NCBI GenBank assembly: GCA_963796685.1
Contig: CAWCMR010000025.1
Coordinates: 704,001 to 768,000 of the forward strand
Reading direction: 5' to 3'
Length of the DNA stretch: 64,000 nt
DNA from: an uncultured delta proteobacterium
GTDB taxonomy: Bacteria; Myxococcota_A; Polyangia; Fen-1088
Part shown: positions 45,826 to 56,433 of the stretch, piece after piece
Numbering within the stretch: the first letter of the stretch is position 1
Layout: the number at the start of each line of letters is the position of its first letter
Program-made: the position numbers and the translations under genes
Notes under the pieces: model-generated
Database searches by the model: none
Seen by the model: the letters and a program-made list of their open reading frames with translations, nothing else
Told to the model about the DNA's origin: nothing

Positions 45826-46024
45826 CTTGGATCCGCGTTCGATACTCATCGCGCCCTCGCTACGAGCTGTTGCCATAGCGATACCACAATTGGGCCGCGA
45901 ACAACCGGGAAGACTTCGAGCCCGTGTCGCCGGCTGCACCCTGATGTCCAGCAAGACGTCCCACCTCGTTCCGACTGGACGAAATCAAGCCTGCGAAGAT
46001 AGAAAAGGGGCCCAGGTCATCACG

Positions 46025-47227
46025 TTGGCAAGACGGCGAAGGACACACCCCCAGGAAGAGCTCAAGACGCAATGACGTCCCGCACGAAATGCGCCCGAGG
46101 GAACCGGAGGCGAGCGACGGCTCGACGAGCCGGAGCCGGATGGCGACGAGTGGGTTCTGTGGGGAGGGGAGCTCATGTGGGCTGCGGGCACGACGAGCGG
46201 CGGAGCCCCGTATGGTCTGACGTACGCCGAGTGGCGCCAGGCGATGCGTGAAGCAGAAGCCAGCTCCGGATGGGCGCGAGCCCCGCACGTGCTCGAGGGG
46301 CTTGCCCACCAGCGCTGCCCGCGGGCCGACCATCGAGAGGTCGGGCGCGTGGTCCACCTCGGGGCTGGCCTGGCGCGCGACGCCTTCGCGGCGGAGCTGA
46401 CGGTTGCTCCCGATCCAGAGCGGCTCTCCGCTGTTTATGTCGTCCTGCTTCCTTGCGCCGACGCGGAGGGTGATAGCGACCAGCACGTGAGACGGGAAAT
46501 GGCCGTGCTGAGCACGCTCGCGAGCGCAAGCCTACCGTTCCGCGTGCCGCGCGTTCTCGGGGCCTGGCCCGATCGGCACGGCACCGCCTTGGCTTGCACC
46601 TCCGGCATCCCGCTGGACCTGCGGGCCAGTCGTCAACCGAGCGTCCGCCCCTGGGTGGTGGTGGGTGAGATTGCCGCCGCCATCCACCGGATCGATGCGG
46701 CGGTGCTTCCGCCGGGACTGGCTGGCCCCCGGACCCGGCAGGACCACGCACGCGCGGCGCTGGCCGCGCTTGCGCCCCTCGACGTGCCGGAGGCGCAGGA
46801 CGCCCTTGACTGGGCGACCGAGCACCTGCCACCACCCGAGCCTGCTCGACTGCTGCACGGCAATCTTCTCGGCCAGAACATCCTCCTCGACCCCGGCAGC
46901 GATCTTCCTCATGGCGTCATCGACTGGGAGCTCACGGCTTGCGGCGACCCCGCCTATGACCTCGCCATCGTCACGCGATGTGCCCGGCAGCCTTTCCAGA
47001 TACCGGACGGCGCGCGGCGCCTGCTCGATGTCTATCACAGCTCCGGTGGCTCGCCGTCTGTCAGCCTGGACCATGTCCGCATCCACGAGCTCGCCCTCGC
47101 CGCTGGCTGGTATCGCGCCGGGCTCGCTGATCCCGAGCGCGGCGTGCACCGTATGACCGAATCCCTCCATGCCCTCCGGCGCGTGCTCCGCGCGGCAGAG
47201 ATGCCGGGGCGCGGGTCGGCCGGTTGA
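46025..47227 (+). pseudogene. Aminoglycoside-phosphotransferase-like kinase, probably degenerate
   Basis: LLHGNL..QN (Asn in place of catalytic Asp) and IDWE...GDPAYDLA; in-frame TGA at 46073; open from 46175. Confidence 0.65.
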
Positions 47228-47255
47228 GACGGGACCTTCGCAGGTCGAGCTTGCA

Positions 47256-47606
47256 TCATCCCCGGCTGGGCCGCCGAGATGACCGACCGGCCTTGCGCGC
47301 GGGCCGCCGCGCCGGCTGCGCGCGCCGGACCGGGAGCCCCGGTTGAGCACGACTCACGAGCGGGAATCGCTCCGGGTGCTCGATGGATGCAAGCGCGAGA
47401 TCGACATCGAGGTCGGGCCAGCGAAGGTGGTGGGGGCTGGGCCTTTCCACGGCCGCGATCTGTCGGATCGTGGCATCTGCAAACCAAGGGAACAGCTTGA
47501 ACGGAACGAACAGCTCGCGCTCGTCCACGAGCAGGCAGAAACCATCCCGAGCGACCTTACTAACCTCGACGGTAGAAATGGTCTTTCCACGCAGCGCGGA
47601 CTTCAT
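47256..47606 (-). CDS. DUF2442 protein (partner of DUF4160)
   Basis: LFVPF..FPWF..AT...HLRWPDLDVDL...IEHPERFPL. Confidence 0.85.
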   Translation of the reverse strand: MKSALRGKTISTVEVSKVARDGFCLLVDERELFVPFKLFPWFADATIRQIAAVERPSPHHLRWPDLDVDLALASIEHPERFPLVSRAQPGLPVRRAQPARRPARKAGRSSRRPSRG

Positions 47607-47805
47607 CTTCGTTCTCCTTGAGCAGCCGAAACGCCACCGAAATCTGGCGGTGGCCGAGACCGTGATTCTGCGCGAGCTCGACTGCCGGTTCCAGCCAGAA
47701 TTTCGCCTGGCCGGTCGCGTGTTGGACGTGCACATGCGCCCGCGGCTCCTCGCGCGAGAAGAAATAGAACCGGTATCCGCCGATGCGAAGGACCGTGGGG
47801 CTCAC
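47560..47805 (-). CDS. DUF4160 protein
   Basis: PTVLRIGGYRFYFFSREE..HVHV...AKFWLEP. Confidence 0.88.
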   Translation of the reverse strand: MSPTVLRIGGYRFYFFSREEPRAHVHVQHATGQAKFWLEPAVELAQNHGLGHRQISVAFRLLKENEDEVRAAWKDHFYRRG

Positions 47806-47858
47806 GCGAAGGTTATCGGGAGCCGATCGGAGAAGTTGCTGGGAGCGACGTCGGACGA

Positions 47859-47936
47859 GGGTCCATCGCCCGCGCGCTAGGGCCGGATTCGCCGCCGACG
47901 ATCACCCAGTCGATCCTTCGCAGGTCGAGCTTCGGC
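47859..47936 (-). pseudogene. Relic copy of part of the DUF5131 gene
   Basis: 74/78 nt identical to 53884-53961; an 18-bp sub-copy lies at 47235-47252. Confidence 0.92.
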
Positions 47937-48011
47937 GCGCGAGGGCCGCTCCGCACTACCGGCGTTCGCGTTGGCGGGAGGGGCAAGCCATCCTCCGCGT
48001 TTCCGCGGAAG

Positions 48012-50023
48012 GTGCGCCAGGCAAAGCCTGGGCAAGGAGGATGACATGTAGAACCATGATTGAAACCTTGCGAAGGAACCCGGCGGGACAAGCCCGCCCG
48101 GCAAAGGCTGGCAACCAGCCGGAACCGAGTGTTGCGTGGTTCGGGGGTAACCCCGACTGCGAAGCGTACACAGGGAGCATGAGGGCCGCGCGATAGAGCC
48201 TCGAAATGAAACTGCTTGCGGGAGATGCCGTGGTTTTCTGAGCGGCGTCAGCACCTGCGATGCCGCAATGGCTAGGCGTTGAGGTCCCGCCGGGGTCGAA
48301 GAACGTGGCGCGCATGCACAGGGGTTCCACAGGAACCTGGGAGGTCCTGTCGTCTCCACTGACAACAAGGGAAGGGCACCCGGCGGAAGCCAAGAGCCCA
48401 GGCCCCATCACGACGCGCTCGACACGATGGGGAGCGAACGAATGAGCGCGCAGTGGTACCGCCAAGCGAAGGAAACGAAGCGCGGCGGGAAGGGCGAAAG
48501 GAAGTCGGAGCTTTCTCGTAGTACCGATGAAGCGGGGGAACCGACCCGAGGGACCCCGTGGAGGGAAGGGGGAGCCAAACTACGGAACGGCTGGAGAGAA
48601 AGATGAAGGGAACGTCGAGTCCCGAAAACGTCTCAACGAAACTACAGCGGATAGCAAAGCTGGCGAAGGAATCACCGGACATGGTGTTCACGACGCTTGC
48701 CCATCACATCGACCTGGAACTATTAGACCAAGCGTTTCGGCTGACCCGAAAGGATGGGGCGACTGGAGTAGACGGCCAGGATGCGACCGGGTACGCGGCG
48801 AATCTGCAGGGAAATCTGCGGTTGCTGCTAGACCGGTTCAAGTCGGGCACGTACCAGGCGCCTCCGGTTCGACGGGTGCATATCCCGAAGGGGGATGGTA
48901 AGTCGACCCGCCCCATAGGGATACCGACCTTCGAAGACAAAGTGCTTCAAAGGGCGGTCACGATGGTGCTGGAGGCGGTTTATGAGCAGGACTTTCTAGC
49001 CTGCTCGTATGGCTTCCGACCGGGCCGGTCGGCGCATCAAGCGCTGGCAACGCTTTGGCAGGGTCTGATGAACATGGGCGGTGGCTGGGTGATTGAGGTA
49101 GACATCAAGAGCTACTTCGACACCGTCGACCATGGACATCTCCGAGGCTTTCTCGACAGAAGGGTGCGAGACGGAGTGCTCCGTCGAGCAATCGACAAGT
49201 GGCTCAAAGCAGGAGTTCTAGAGGACGGCAGCGTGTACCACCCTGAAGGCGGAACGCCCCAGGGAGGTGTCGTCTCACCGCTACTCGCGAACATCTACCT
49301 GCACGAGGTCCTGGATACGTGGTTTGCTCGGGAAGTGAAGCTCAGACTTCGGTCACAGGCATTCATGGTCCGGTACGCAGATGACGTGGCCATCGTCGTT
49401 GGAAACGAGGACGATGCCCGCAGAGTGTTGGATGTACTCGGCAAACGGTTTGCCAAGTATGGCCTCGCCCTGCATCCAGAGAAAACCAGGATGCTCGACT
49501 TTCGAAGGCCGCGCAGGTCGCAGTCGTCTGCGAACCCGAGTGCGCCTGAGACTTTCGACATGCTGGGCTTCACCTGGTACTGGGGTAAGTCCCGCAAGGG
49601 AGCCGCAGTCATCCAGCGCAAAACCTCGTCGAGCCGCTTTTGTCGAGCGCTCTCTCGAATCGCTGACTGGTGTCGGACCCATCGGCACGACGCCGTCGCC
49701 GCACAGCACATCGACCTTTCGCGGAAGCTTCGCGGACACTATGCGTATTTCGGAATCACCGGAAACGCACGCTGTCTCAGTCGCTTTCTGCACGAGGTCG
49801 AGCGCGTGTGGCGCTACTGGCTCAACCGTCGGTCAGCAAGAGCAAAGATGGTGTGGGAACGCTTCTGTGCTCTGCTGCAGCGGTATCCGCTGCCGCCGAT
49901 CCGAATCGTCCACAGCGTCTACCGACCCGCAACGAAACCGTAGCTTGAGGAGCCGGATGCGGGAAATCTGCACGTCCGGATCTGTGGGAGCCCTGGGCGG
50001 ACAACCGCCCAGGGCCACCCGAC
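48012..50023 (+). mobile_element. Group II intron (IIB-like, IEP without endonuclease domain)
   Basis: 5' GTGCG; domain V GAGCCGGATGCGGGAAATCTGCACGTCCGGATC; domain VI ending CCCGAC; candidate EBS1 TTTCTG (48235-48240) pairs with exon end CGGAAG. Confidence 0.9.
48603..49943 (+). CDS. ltrA: Group II intron reverse transcriptase/maturase
   Basis: [38 protein letters not shown] and maturase X domain (LRGHYAYF). Confidence 0.95.
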   Translation: MKGTSSPENVSTKLQRIAKLAKESPDMVFTTLAHHIDLELLDQAFRLTRKDGATGVDGQDATGYAANLQGNLRLLLDRFKSGTYQAPPVRRVHIPKGDGKSTRPIGIPTFEDKVLQRAVTMVLEAVYEQDFLACSYGFRPGRSAHQALATLWQGLMNMGGGWVIEVDIKSYFDTVDHGHLRGFLDRRVRDGVLRRAIDKWLKAGVLEDGSVYHPEGGTPQGGVVSPLLANIYLHEVLDTWFAREVKLRLRSQAFMVRYADDVAIVVGNEDDARRVLDVLGKRFAKYGLALHPEKTRMLDFRRPRRSQSSANPSAPETFDMLGFTWYWGKSRKGAAVIQRKTSSSRFCRALSRIADWCRTHRHDAVAAQHIDLSRKLRGHYAYFGITGNARCLSRFLHEVERVWRYWLNRRSARAKMVWERFCALLQRYPLPPIRIVHSVYRPATKP

Positions 50024-50189
50024 CGTCCGCCTTCGCCTCTACCCGCGCGATCTCGCGAGCCCGGTCAATCGCGCCTTCGACAAGATCGGCCTCGTCCGGA
50101 TGCGTGCCACTTTGGGCTTGCGCTGCCACTATTAAGTGACACTATATACCGGTAGTAAGTAACGCTATGTAGACGTCAAGGAGCCGTTC

Positions 50190-50519
50190 ATGGGCAAGCA
50201 AATCACGGAAATGCTGAAGGGAATCTTGGAGGGCATCGTCCTCGCGAGCCTGTCCGTGCGGCCCGCGTACGGCTACGAGATCACGGCGCGGCTGCGGGCC
50301 CAGGGCTTCTCCGACATCGCAGAGGGCACCGTCTACGCCCTGCTCGTCAGGATCGAGCAGCGCGGCTTCGTCGACGTGGAGAAGGTCCCATCCGACAAAG
50401 GGCCGCCGCGGAAGGTGTACTCGCTCAACGCTCAGGGGAGGGAATACCTGGAAGAGTTCTGGAGGACCTGGAGCTTCCTCGCTGAACGGCTCGAACAGCT
50501 CCATGAAGGAGGCAGATGA
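50190..50519 (+). CDS. PadR-family transcriptional regulator
   Basis: LKG.LE..YGYEI...EGTVY.LL.R.E...GPPRKVY. Confidence 0.93.
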   Translation: MGKQITEMLKGILEGIVLASLSVRPAYGYEITARLRAQGFSDIAEGTVYALLVRIEQRGFVDVEKVPSDKGPPRKVYSLNAQGREYLEEFWRTWSFLAERLEQLHEGGR

Positions 50520-50520
50520 C

Positions 50521-50880
50521 ATGTTCATTTCAAAATTCATCGCGAAGGTGATCGGCGAGAAGGGGCAATGGCGGCAGTACAAGGCGCGCGCAAAACAACT
50601 TCCCGCGAGCTATCGCACGGCGGTCGATGCGCTGGAGCGGTACCTGATGTACTTCGGGACGGGGGGCGATGGAACTGCGCTTTACGCGGACCTCGTCGAC
50701 CTATTCGAGCAGAGCGCGGCGAACCGGACCCCGATCCGCCAGATCGTCGGGGAAGACCCGGTGGAGTTCATCGAGACGTTCGTCCGGAACTACCCGAAGG
50801 GTGAGTGGATCATCCGGGAGCGGGAACGACTGACCAACGCCATCAAGCGCGCCGCCGAAGAAGAAGCGAGGAAAGTCTGA
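50521..50880 (+). CDS. DUF1048 protein
   Basis: WRQYKAR.K.LP.SYR...LFEQSAA...IVGEDPVEF; usual PadR partner. Confidence 0.85.
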   Translation: MFISKFIAKVIGEKGQWRQYKARAKQLPASYRTAVDALERYLMYFGTGGDGTALYADLVDLFEQSAANRTPIRQIVGEDPVEFIETFVRNYPKGEWIIRERERLTNAIKRAAEEEARKV

Positions 50881-50896
50881 TGACGGGCGATGCAAA

Positions 50897-51393
50897 ATGA
50901 CTGGCGCGACCAGCGAAACACCGGTGCGGGGACATGTCGAGGCCGGCTGGGGAAAGGTGGCCGATGTCTTCCGGGCGAGTTTCGCAGGGAGCCCCGGCGA
51001 GGTCGGCGCAGCGTGCTGTGTCTACGTCGACGGCCGCCCCGTCGTCGACCTGTGGGGCGGCCTCGCCGACCGCGAGGCGAACCGTCCGTGGGACCAGGAC
51101 ACCATCGTCGCCGTCGCATCCACGACCAAAGGCGCTACTGCGATCTGCGCCCATCTGCTGGTCCAGCGCGGCGAGCTCGATCTAGACGCGCCGGTGGTCA
51201 AGTACTGGCCGGAGTTCGGCGCTGCCGGCAAGGAACAGATCCCGGTGCGCTGGCTACTCTCGCACCAGGTCGGCCTGCCGATCGTCGATGGACCGCTGAC
51301 CTTCGAGGAAGCCTGCGCTTGGTATCCGGTCATCCGGGCGCTCGAGGCGCAGAAGCCGCTGTGGCAGCCGGGCACCGAGCACGTCTACCACCA
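50897..51393 (+). pseudogene. Serine hydrolase (beta-lactamase class C/esterase family), 3'-truncated
   Basis: VVDLWGG, SxxK (STTK), LLSHQ.GL and PGT...YH, then similarity is lost; ORF runs on to 51547. Confidence 0.8.
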
Positions 51394-51543
51394 GGAGTCC
51401 GACGAGCCGGTTGGGGTGAAGCAGCCCCGGCCAAGTAGCAGGCGTCCGGGCCGAGCGCGGGATCACAGCCGGGCTCGACTTCCGGGCGCCAGGCTCGACT
51501 GGGTGCCGGCAATTCTGCGAGAATCGCGGGCGCGAGGGATGAC

Positions 51544-52896
51544 ATGACGGGAATCCGAATCTTCCGATGGGCGCGTGCGGTTGGCGCTCTTGCCGTGGTC
51601 TTGACGATCGCTGGCTGTAGCCGAAGTGGCCTACAGGCACGCGCGGTCGATGGCGGGTCGTCGTCAGCGAGGCCGGAGGCGAGCCCCGATCGGGCCATCG
51701 CGGTCGACCCCGAAGCGGGCCCGGAGAGTGGACTGGAAAGCGGCCCCGAGGTCGCGCGGGAAACGGTCCCCGAGGGACCCGACGTGCCGGTGTTCGCGCT
51801 CGAAGGCGGCTCCGAGCCGGCTCGGGAAGCACCGTTCGAGGCGCCCGGTGACCGGCCGGTTGTGCCGGAGATTGGCTGGGAAGGGGGGCTCGAGACCCCG
51901 TCCGAGGCCGGCTCCGCCTGTCCAGGCGCGGTGACGGTGGCCAAGACCCTCGCCGAGATCGACGGGCAGGCCCTGCCGTCCGCGCTCGCGGTGCAGGGCG
52001 ACCGTATCTTCGCGGGCGTGACCAACGGTGGCGCCGGCACGGTAGCCCCCACCGGCGCCATCGTCGCCGTGTCGCTGACCACGGGCGAGAAGACCACCTT
52101 TCCGCTCGGCGGCAACCTGCCCAATCAGATCGTCGCCGCTCCCGGCGCGCTCTTCTACATCCAAGGCAAGGTGGAGCCGACCACGGATGGGTGGCGCTTC
52201 GACTACACCAACGTGGCTCGTCTGGATCTGGCGACCGGGCAGGTCTCGATCGTCGACAGCGAAGTCGTAGAGGCGGCCGTCTCGATCGAGTCGGTGGTCA
52301 CCAATCCGAGTGGCGAAGTCTACTGGTCCATGCTGACGGACGTCAGCGGGGCATCGGTCATCAAACGATGGGATCCCGTCGCCCTCACCACGCAAACCGC
52401 TCTGAGCTGGGGCAAGGGCCTGCCTCTGTTGATCGATGCGGACCACTTCTACTGGTCCGAGCTCGACACCAACCTGCACACCTTGTTCATGTCGATGCCC
52501 AGCCCGAGCGGGTCGATCTTCCAGGTCTACCGGTCGCCCGATGCCTTCCCCGACGCGCCCAGCCTGACAGCCGTCGACGACCAGAGCCTCTACGCCGTCG
52601 CCACGGGGAGTGCCGACCCGGGGATCCTGGCCATACCCAAGACCGGCGGCGACAGTCGCATGGTCGTCGCCGGCGCGAATCCCATCCTGTTCGACAGCCA
52701 TACCATCGACGACAAGCACGTCTACTGGGTCGACCAATCGGACCAATCCAGCGTCCGCCGCGCCCCCAAGGCCGGCGGTGGCCCCACCGAGGCGGTGTGG
52801 TCCGGCGCGTCCGGAATCTCGGGCCTCGCCGTCGACGGCTGCAACGTCTACTGGACCGTCAGCGGGCCGACGCGGCTGATGGTGAAGGGAAAGTAG
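51544..52896 (+). CDS. Lipoprotein with beta-propeller-like repeats
   Basis: Lipobox IAGC; repeated (V/F)YW...PK.GG units. Confidence 0.7.
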   Translation: MTGIRIFRWARAVGALAVVLTIAGCSRSGLQARAVDGGSSSARPEASPDRAIAVDPEAGPESGLESGPEVARETVPEGPDVPVFALEGGSEPAREAPFEAPGDRPVVPEIGWEGGLETPSEAGSACPGAVTVAKTLAEIDGQALPSALAVQGDRIFAGVTNGGAGTVAPTGAIVAVSLTTGEKTTFPLGGNLPNQIVAAPGALFYIQGKVEPTTDGWRFDYTNVARLDLATGQVSIVDSEVVEAAVSIESVVTNPSGEVYWSMLTDVSGASVIKRWDPVALTTQTALSWGKGLPLLIDADHFYWSELDTNLHTLFMSMPSPSGSIFQVYRSPDAFPDAPSLTAVDDQSLYAVATGSADPGILAIPKTGGDSRMVVAGANPILFDSHTIDDKHVYWVDQSDQSSVRRAPKAGGGPTEAVWSGASGISGLAVDGCNVYWTVSGPTRLMVKGK

Positions 52897-53024
52897 GGGC
52901 CGGGAACCCGAGAGGAACCTTGGTTGCCCGGTCGGTGTGGGGAGCCGGGGAGATCACGGCTCGCGTCTCACCGCCAGATAGCTCTCCCCCACCGCGAGCA
53001 CGGCAGCAGTGCTAGAATCAGACT

Positions 53025-53357
53025 ATGGGCGTCGACGCCATCAATCTCGACCGCAAGCTCGACGAATTGGTTCGTCGACTGCGGGATGCCTACGTCCCCG
53101 AGCGCATCTACCTTTTCGGTTCCAAGGCCCGCGGCGATGCCGGCCCGGATAGCGACTACGACATTCTGATCGTCGTCCCCAACAGCGCCACCGCAGAGGC
53201 CCGCGGCAGCAAGCTCGGCTACCAGGCTCTACGTGGCACCGGGATCGCCGCCGACGTGGTCGTGTGCTCGCACGCCTATTTCGAGGCCCGTTCGCACCTG
53301 CAGGCCTCATTGCCCGGAACCGTGCTGCGCGAGGGTCGCCTGCTCCATGCCGCCTGA
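53025..53357 (+). CDS. Minimal nucleotidyltransferase (MNT) of an MNT-HEPN pair
   Basis: YLFGS.ARGD...SDYD...REG motifs. Confidence 0.9.
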   Translation: MGVDAINLDRKLDELVRRLRDAYVPERIYLFGSKARGDAGPDSDYDILIVVPNSATAEARGSKLGYQALRGTGIAADVVVCSHAYFEARSHLQASLPGTVLREGRLLHAA

Positions 53358-53643
53358 CCCTGCACGCACGGAGGACACGCGAGCGTGGCTCGACAAAGCG
53401 GCAGGCGATCTGCGTGCCGGGGCCCACAGCCTCACCGCGGATCCACCGCTGACATTCGACGTGTCTTTCCACGCGCAACAAGCCTGCGAGAAGGCCCTCA
53501 AGGCACTCCTGGCCTGATATCCTGGGGACGCCAACGATCCAACCGACGACGAGGCTGTCGCGGCTTTGGCCGCTGCCCGGGCCGTCTTTCAGGCCGTCAT
53601 CGATCGCCTTCCGGCCGACGTGCGGCCGGCAGGCCGAGGCTAA
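53347..53643 (+). pseudogene. HEPN protein with internal deletion and in-frame stop
   Basis: WL.KA..DL...FHAQQACEKALKALL, then TGA, then YPG... tail in the same frame; central region missing. Confidence 0.85.
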
Positions 53644-53687
53644 GGTCGGGCGCCCCGGCGACCATAGCAGAGCGCCCCGCCACCCGC

Positions 53688-54455
53688 TCAACCAAACAGC
53701 GGGAGCGACTTCGAACGCACCTTGGTATTCGGCCCCGGCTGCGATCTCTCCCGCGGCATCTCGTCCCACGTGCGTCCGTCGAGAAGTCGCCCGGCCTTCT
53801 TCTTGTTCGTGCCGCCCCACTGCTTGAAGAAGAACGGCACGCGCGCCCGTCCGCACTGGTCGCGCAGGTCGGTGACCCACCTCGGGTCCATCGCCCGCGC
53901 GCCCGGGCCGGATTCGCCCCCGACGATCACCCAGTCGATCCTGCGCAGGTCGAGCTTCGGCAGGGGACCGAGCAACGGTTCGAGCGAGAGGAACTTCACC
54001 CGCGCGCCCGTTTCCCGAAGCCGGTCGATGCGATCGATGTAGTCGGCATTCTCCACGCTCACGCCCATCCACACGTTCGGCGGCCAATCGAGCTGGGGGC
54101 ACAGTTCCGCAAGTCGATCGCCGCGCTTGGTGAGAATCTGAAAGCGATGCCAGTGCGCGCGCAGCATCACCCCGAACAGGCGCTGGATGTACCCGAGCGG
54201 CACATCCTTGTGAAACAGGTCGCTCATCGAGTTGACGAAGATGGTCTGCGGCTTCTTCCACTTGAGCGGCAGCTCCAGCATTTGCGGTTGCAGCGTCAGC
54301 TCGAACCCATTCCGGTAGTTCGGCTGCCCCATCGCCTGGAGCCGCTCGGCCATGCGCTCGGCATAGCAGTGCTTGCACCCCGGGCTCACCTTGTCGCAAC
54401 CCGTGATCGGATTCCACGTCGACTCGGTCCACTCGATTCCGGACCCCTGGGCCAT
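53688..54455 (-). CDS. DUF5131 / phage Gp37-Gp68 family protein
   Basis: [39 protein letters not shown] and FFFKQWG motifs. Confidence 0.93.
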   Translation of the reverse strand: MAQGSGIEWTESTWNPITGCDKVSPGCKHCYAERMAERLQAMGQPNYRNGFELTLQPQMLELPLKWKKPQTIFVNSMSDLFHKDVPLGYIQRLFGVMLRAHWHRFQILTKRGDRLAELCPQLDWPPNVWMGVSVENADYIDRIDRLRETGARVKFLSLEPLLGPLPKLDLRRIDWVIVGGESGPGARAMDPRWVTDLRDQCGRARVPFFFKQWGGTNKKKAGRLLDGRTWDEMPRERSQPGPNTKVRSKSLPLFG

Positions 54456-54781
54456 CAGCGCACGCCCTTCAGGAGATGGTTCGTCTTCAGCGCCAGCCGG
54501 GCCGAACCGTCGAGCAAGTCCTGTGGCGCGGACTCGGCAAGGTCCGGGAAAGGCAGATTCGGTGAGGTCGTCCCCGCTTCCGGTCCCCCCGACCGATACC
54601 CGGTTCCCGCGAACGCATCGATGTAGGCCTTCACGAAAGGCCGCGCCGAAGTCGGCTTGTCCTTGAGCGCCTTCGTGTAGGCACCAAGGTACTTGCCGAG
54701 GATATCCAGCTTGGTGGAAGTCCAGTCGCCCCCGAAGCTATGGGCCTTGCCGTACGTGGCTGCCCGCTTGCGCGTCACCAT
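54455..54781 (-). pseudogene. tcmP: Three-Cys-motif partner protein (TcmP) with large internal deletion
   Basis: GG.WT..KL..L..YL, YIDAFAG.G and GSA..AL motifs, then jump to a short tail overlapping the DUF5131 start. Confidence 0.8.
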
Positions 54782-54987
54782 GGCCAGCTCCATGCTGCTC
54801 GCGGCGACGGCTGGAGTCTACTTTCGCGCATCATGGTTGCGAGAGAGGCCATGGCCGGATTCTCGGCCAGGAGGGGCCGGAGGTTGCGTGTGGCAATAGG
54901 TCCCCTGCCTCCACTCGGCAACTTCAGCCAAGAACGTTTGTCATTCCGTTGGAAGTGGCGGAAAATCCGCCTGCCCCAAGGTTTTCC

Positions 54988-56398
54988 GGCTCTCCTGACA
55001 TCTTCATGGAAGCGCGGGCACCTTGAAGACGGGATGAAGGACAACGCCTGAGCAGCAGAGGAAGATGAAGCCAATGAGGGCTTGAGCGTTGTGGAAGCCA
55101 TAGGCCCTGCGGGTGATGACCCTGATCTTGCCATTAAGGCCCTCGGTTCTTCCGTTATTGAGCCCTGTGGCGACAATGGCCACGATGCCGTCCAGGTATT
55201 TCTTGATGGTCGCGGCGACCTTCTTGAAGGAAGGTAGTCTGGATCGCCTGGCCCAACTGATCCATTCTTCGAGCTTCTGTTTGACGACGTTGACCTGGCG
55301 ACGACCGAGGATGTCGCAGATGGCGATCTTGAGCAGGTAGCCGCGATAGAGTCGGGCATTGGTCTTCGGGAGGGTCGAAAGCCTCTCAGACTCGGCCCTG
55401 GATAGGTTCCACGGATTCTTGAGCAGAAGGTACTTGGTCTTCTTCAGTTGCCCGCGTTCGTCGGTGTCCTCCAGGAGTCGGACCTCCGCACGCCGGAGCT
55501 CGTCGAGTGCTTCCTGCACGAGTCTCTGAACGTGGAAGCGGTCGAAGACGATCTGCGCTTGTGGCGCTCGCGAGGTGACCGCGTCGATGTAGGCCGCGGA
55601 CATGTCGATGGTGACGGTCTTGAGCTTGCTGGTTCGTTCCGGGCCGAGAGCGTCGAAGAAGCAGCCGAGCGTCGCAGCGTTCTTGCCCTCGTGGGCCCAG
55701 ACGACCCGCTGCGAGACGTGGTCGACAACGACGGTGACGTACTCATGGTGCCGCCGGTACGACAACTCGTCGACGCCGATGTGTTCGAGGTCCTCGAGGA
55801 GAAGGCTAGGATCTCGGTGCCGCGGCACCACCCGCTGGATGATGGCGCCGACGGTGCGCCACGCGATGCGCATGGTTTCGGCCACCATCGTCTGGCTTGC
55901 TTGTTGGGCCAGATAGGCCACGTGGTCCTCGAAGTCACGCGTGAAGCCGACCTTCGGCTCGGCCCAAGGGACCATCTCGATGACCACGCCGCACCGAGGA
56001 CAGTCAACCCTGCGCAGGGTGTAGCGCAGAAGAACCTCCATCCCGCACGCGTCCAGATGCCGCCAGTTCCGAGCCCGAGCATCGAACACGTCATGGACCC
56101 GACATCCGCAGCCTGAGCAGTAGGGAACGGTCGTCGTTGGCGCCACGTGCACCAATATGCCAAGCAGATCGAATTCGACCGCCAGGACACGGGTATGTGG
56201 AAATTGGAGTAGGTTTCGGAATAGGGTGGTTGCGCGCATGGGCTCCTGGGCTTGTGGGTTCCAGACAAGCCACACGATACCCCAGGTGCCCGTGCGCACT
56301 TCGTCTCCACCTCACCCGGAACTCATGCCGCCCACATCTCCGTCGGCGACGTGCGTCGCACCTACGAGATCTCCCTTTACGAAGATGTCAGGAGAGCC
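54988..56398 (-). mobile_element. ISL3-family insertion sequence, 1411 bp
   Basis: IRs GGCTCTCCTGACATCTTC; 8-bp target duplication GGTTTTCC (54980-54987 / 56399-56406). Confidence 0.95.
55004..56239 (-). CDS. ISL3-family transposase
   Basis: Zn finger, GVDE, IDMS, DRFHV and EGLN.KI....RRAYGF motifs. Confidence 0.95.
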   Translation of the reverse strand: MRATTLFRNLLQFPHTRVLAVEFDLLGILVHVAPTTTVPYCSGCGCRVHDVFDARARNWRHLDACGMEVLLRYTLRRVDCPRCGVVIEMVPWAEPKVGFTRDFEDHVAYLAQQASQTMVAETMRIAWRTVGAIIQRVVPRHRDPSLLLEDLEHIGVDELSYRRHHEYVTVVVDHVSQRVVWAHEGKNAATLGCFFDALGPERTSKLKTVTIDMSAAYIDAVTSRAPQAQIVFDRFHVQRLVQEALDELRRAEVRLLEDTDERGQLKKTKYLLLKNPWNLSRAESERLSTLPKTNARLYRGYLLKIAICDILGRRQVNVVKQKLEEWISWARRSRLPSFKKVAATIKKYLDGIVAIVATGLNNGRTEGLNGKIRVITRRAYGFHNAQALIGFIFLCCSGVVLHPVFKVPALP

Positions 56399-56433
56399 GG
56401 TTTTCCGACGTGCCACCCAGCTCTTGGTGATCT

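Noticed and set aside
48603-49943. RT as a retron, DGR or defence-associated RT
   Set aside because: Maturase domain plus intron domains V/VI and the GTGCG boundary identify a group II intron
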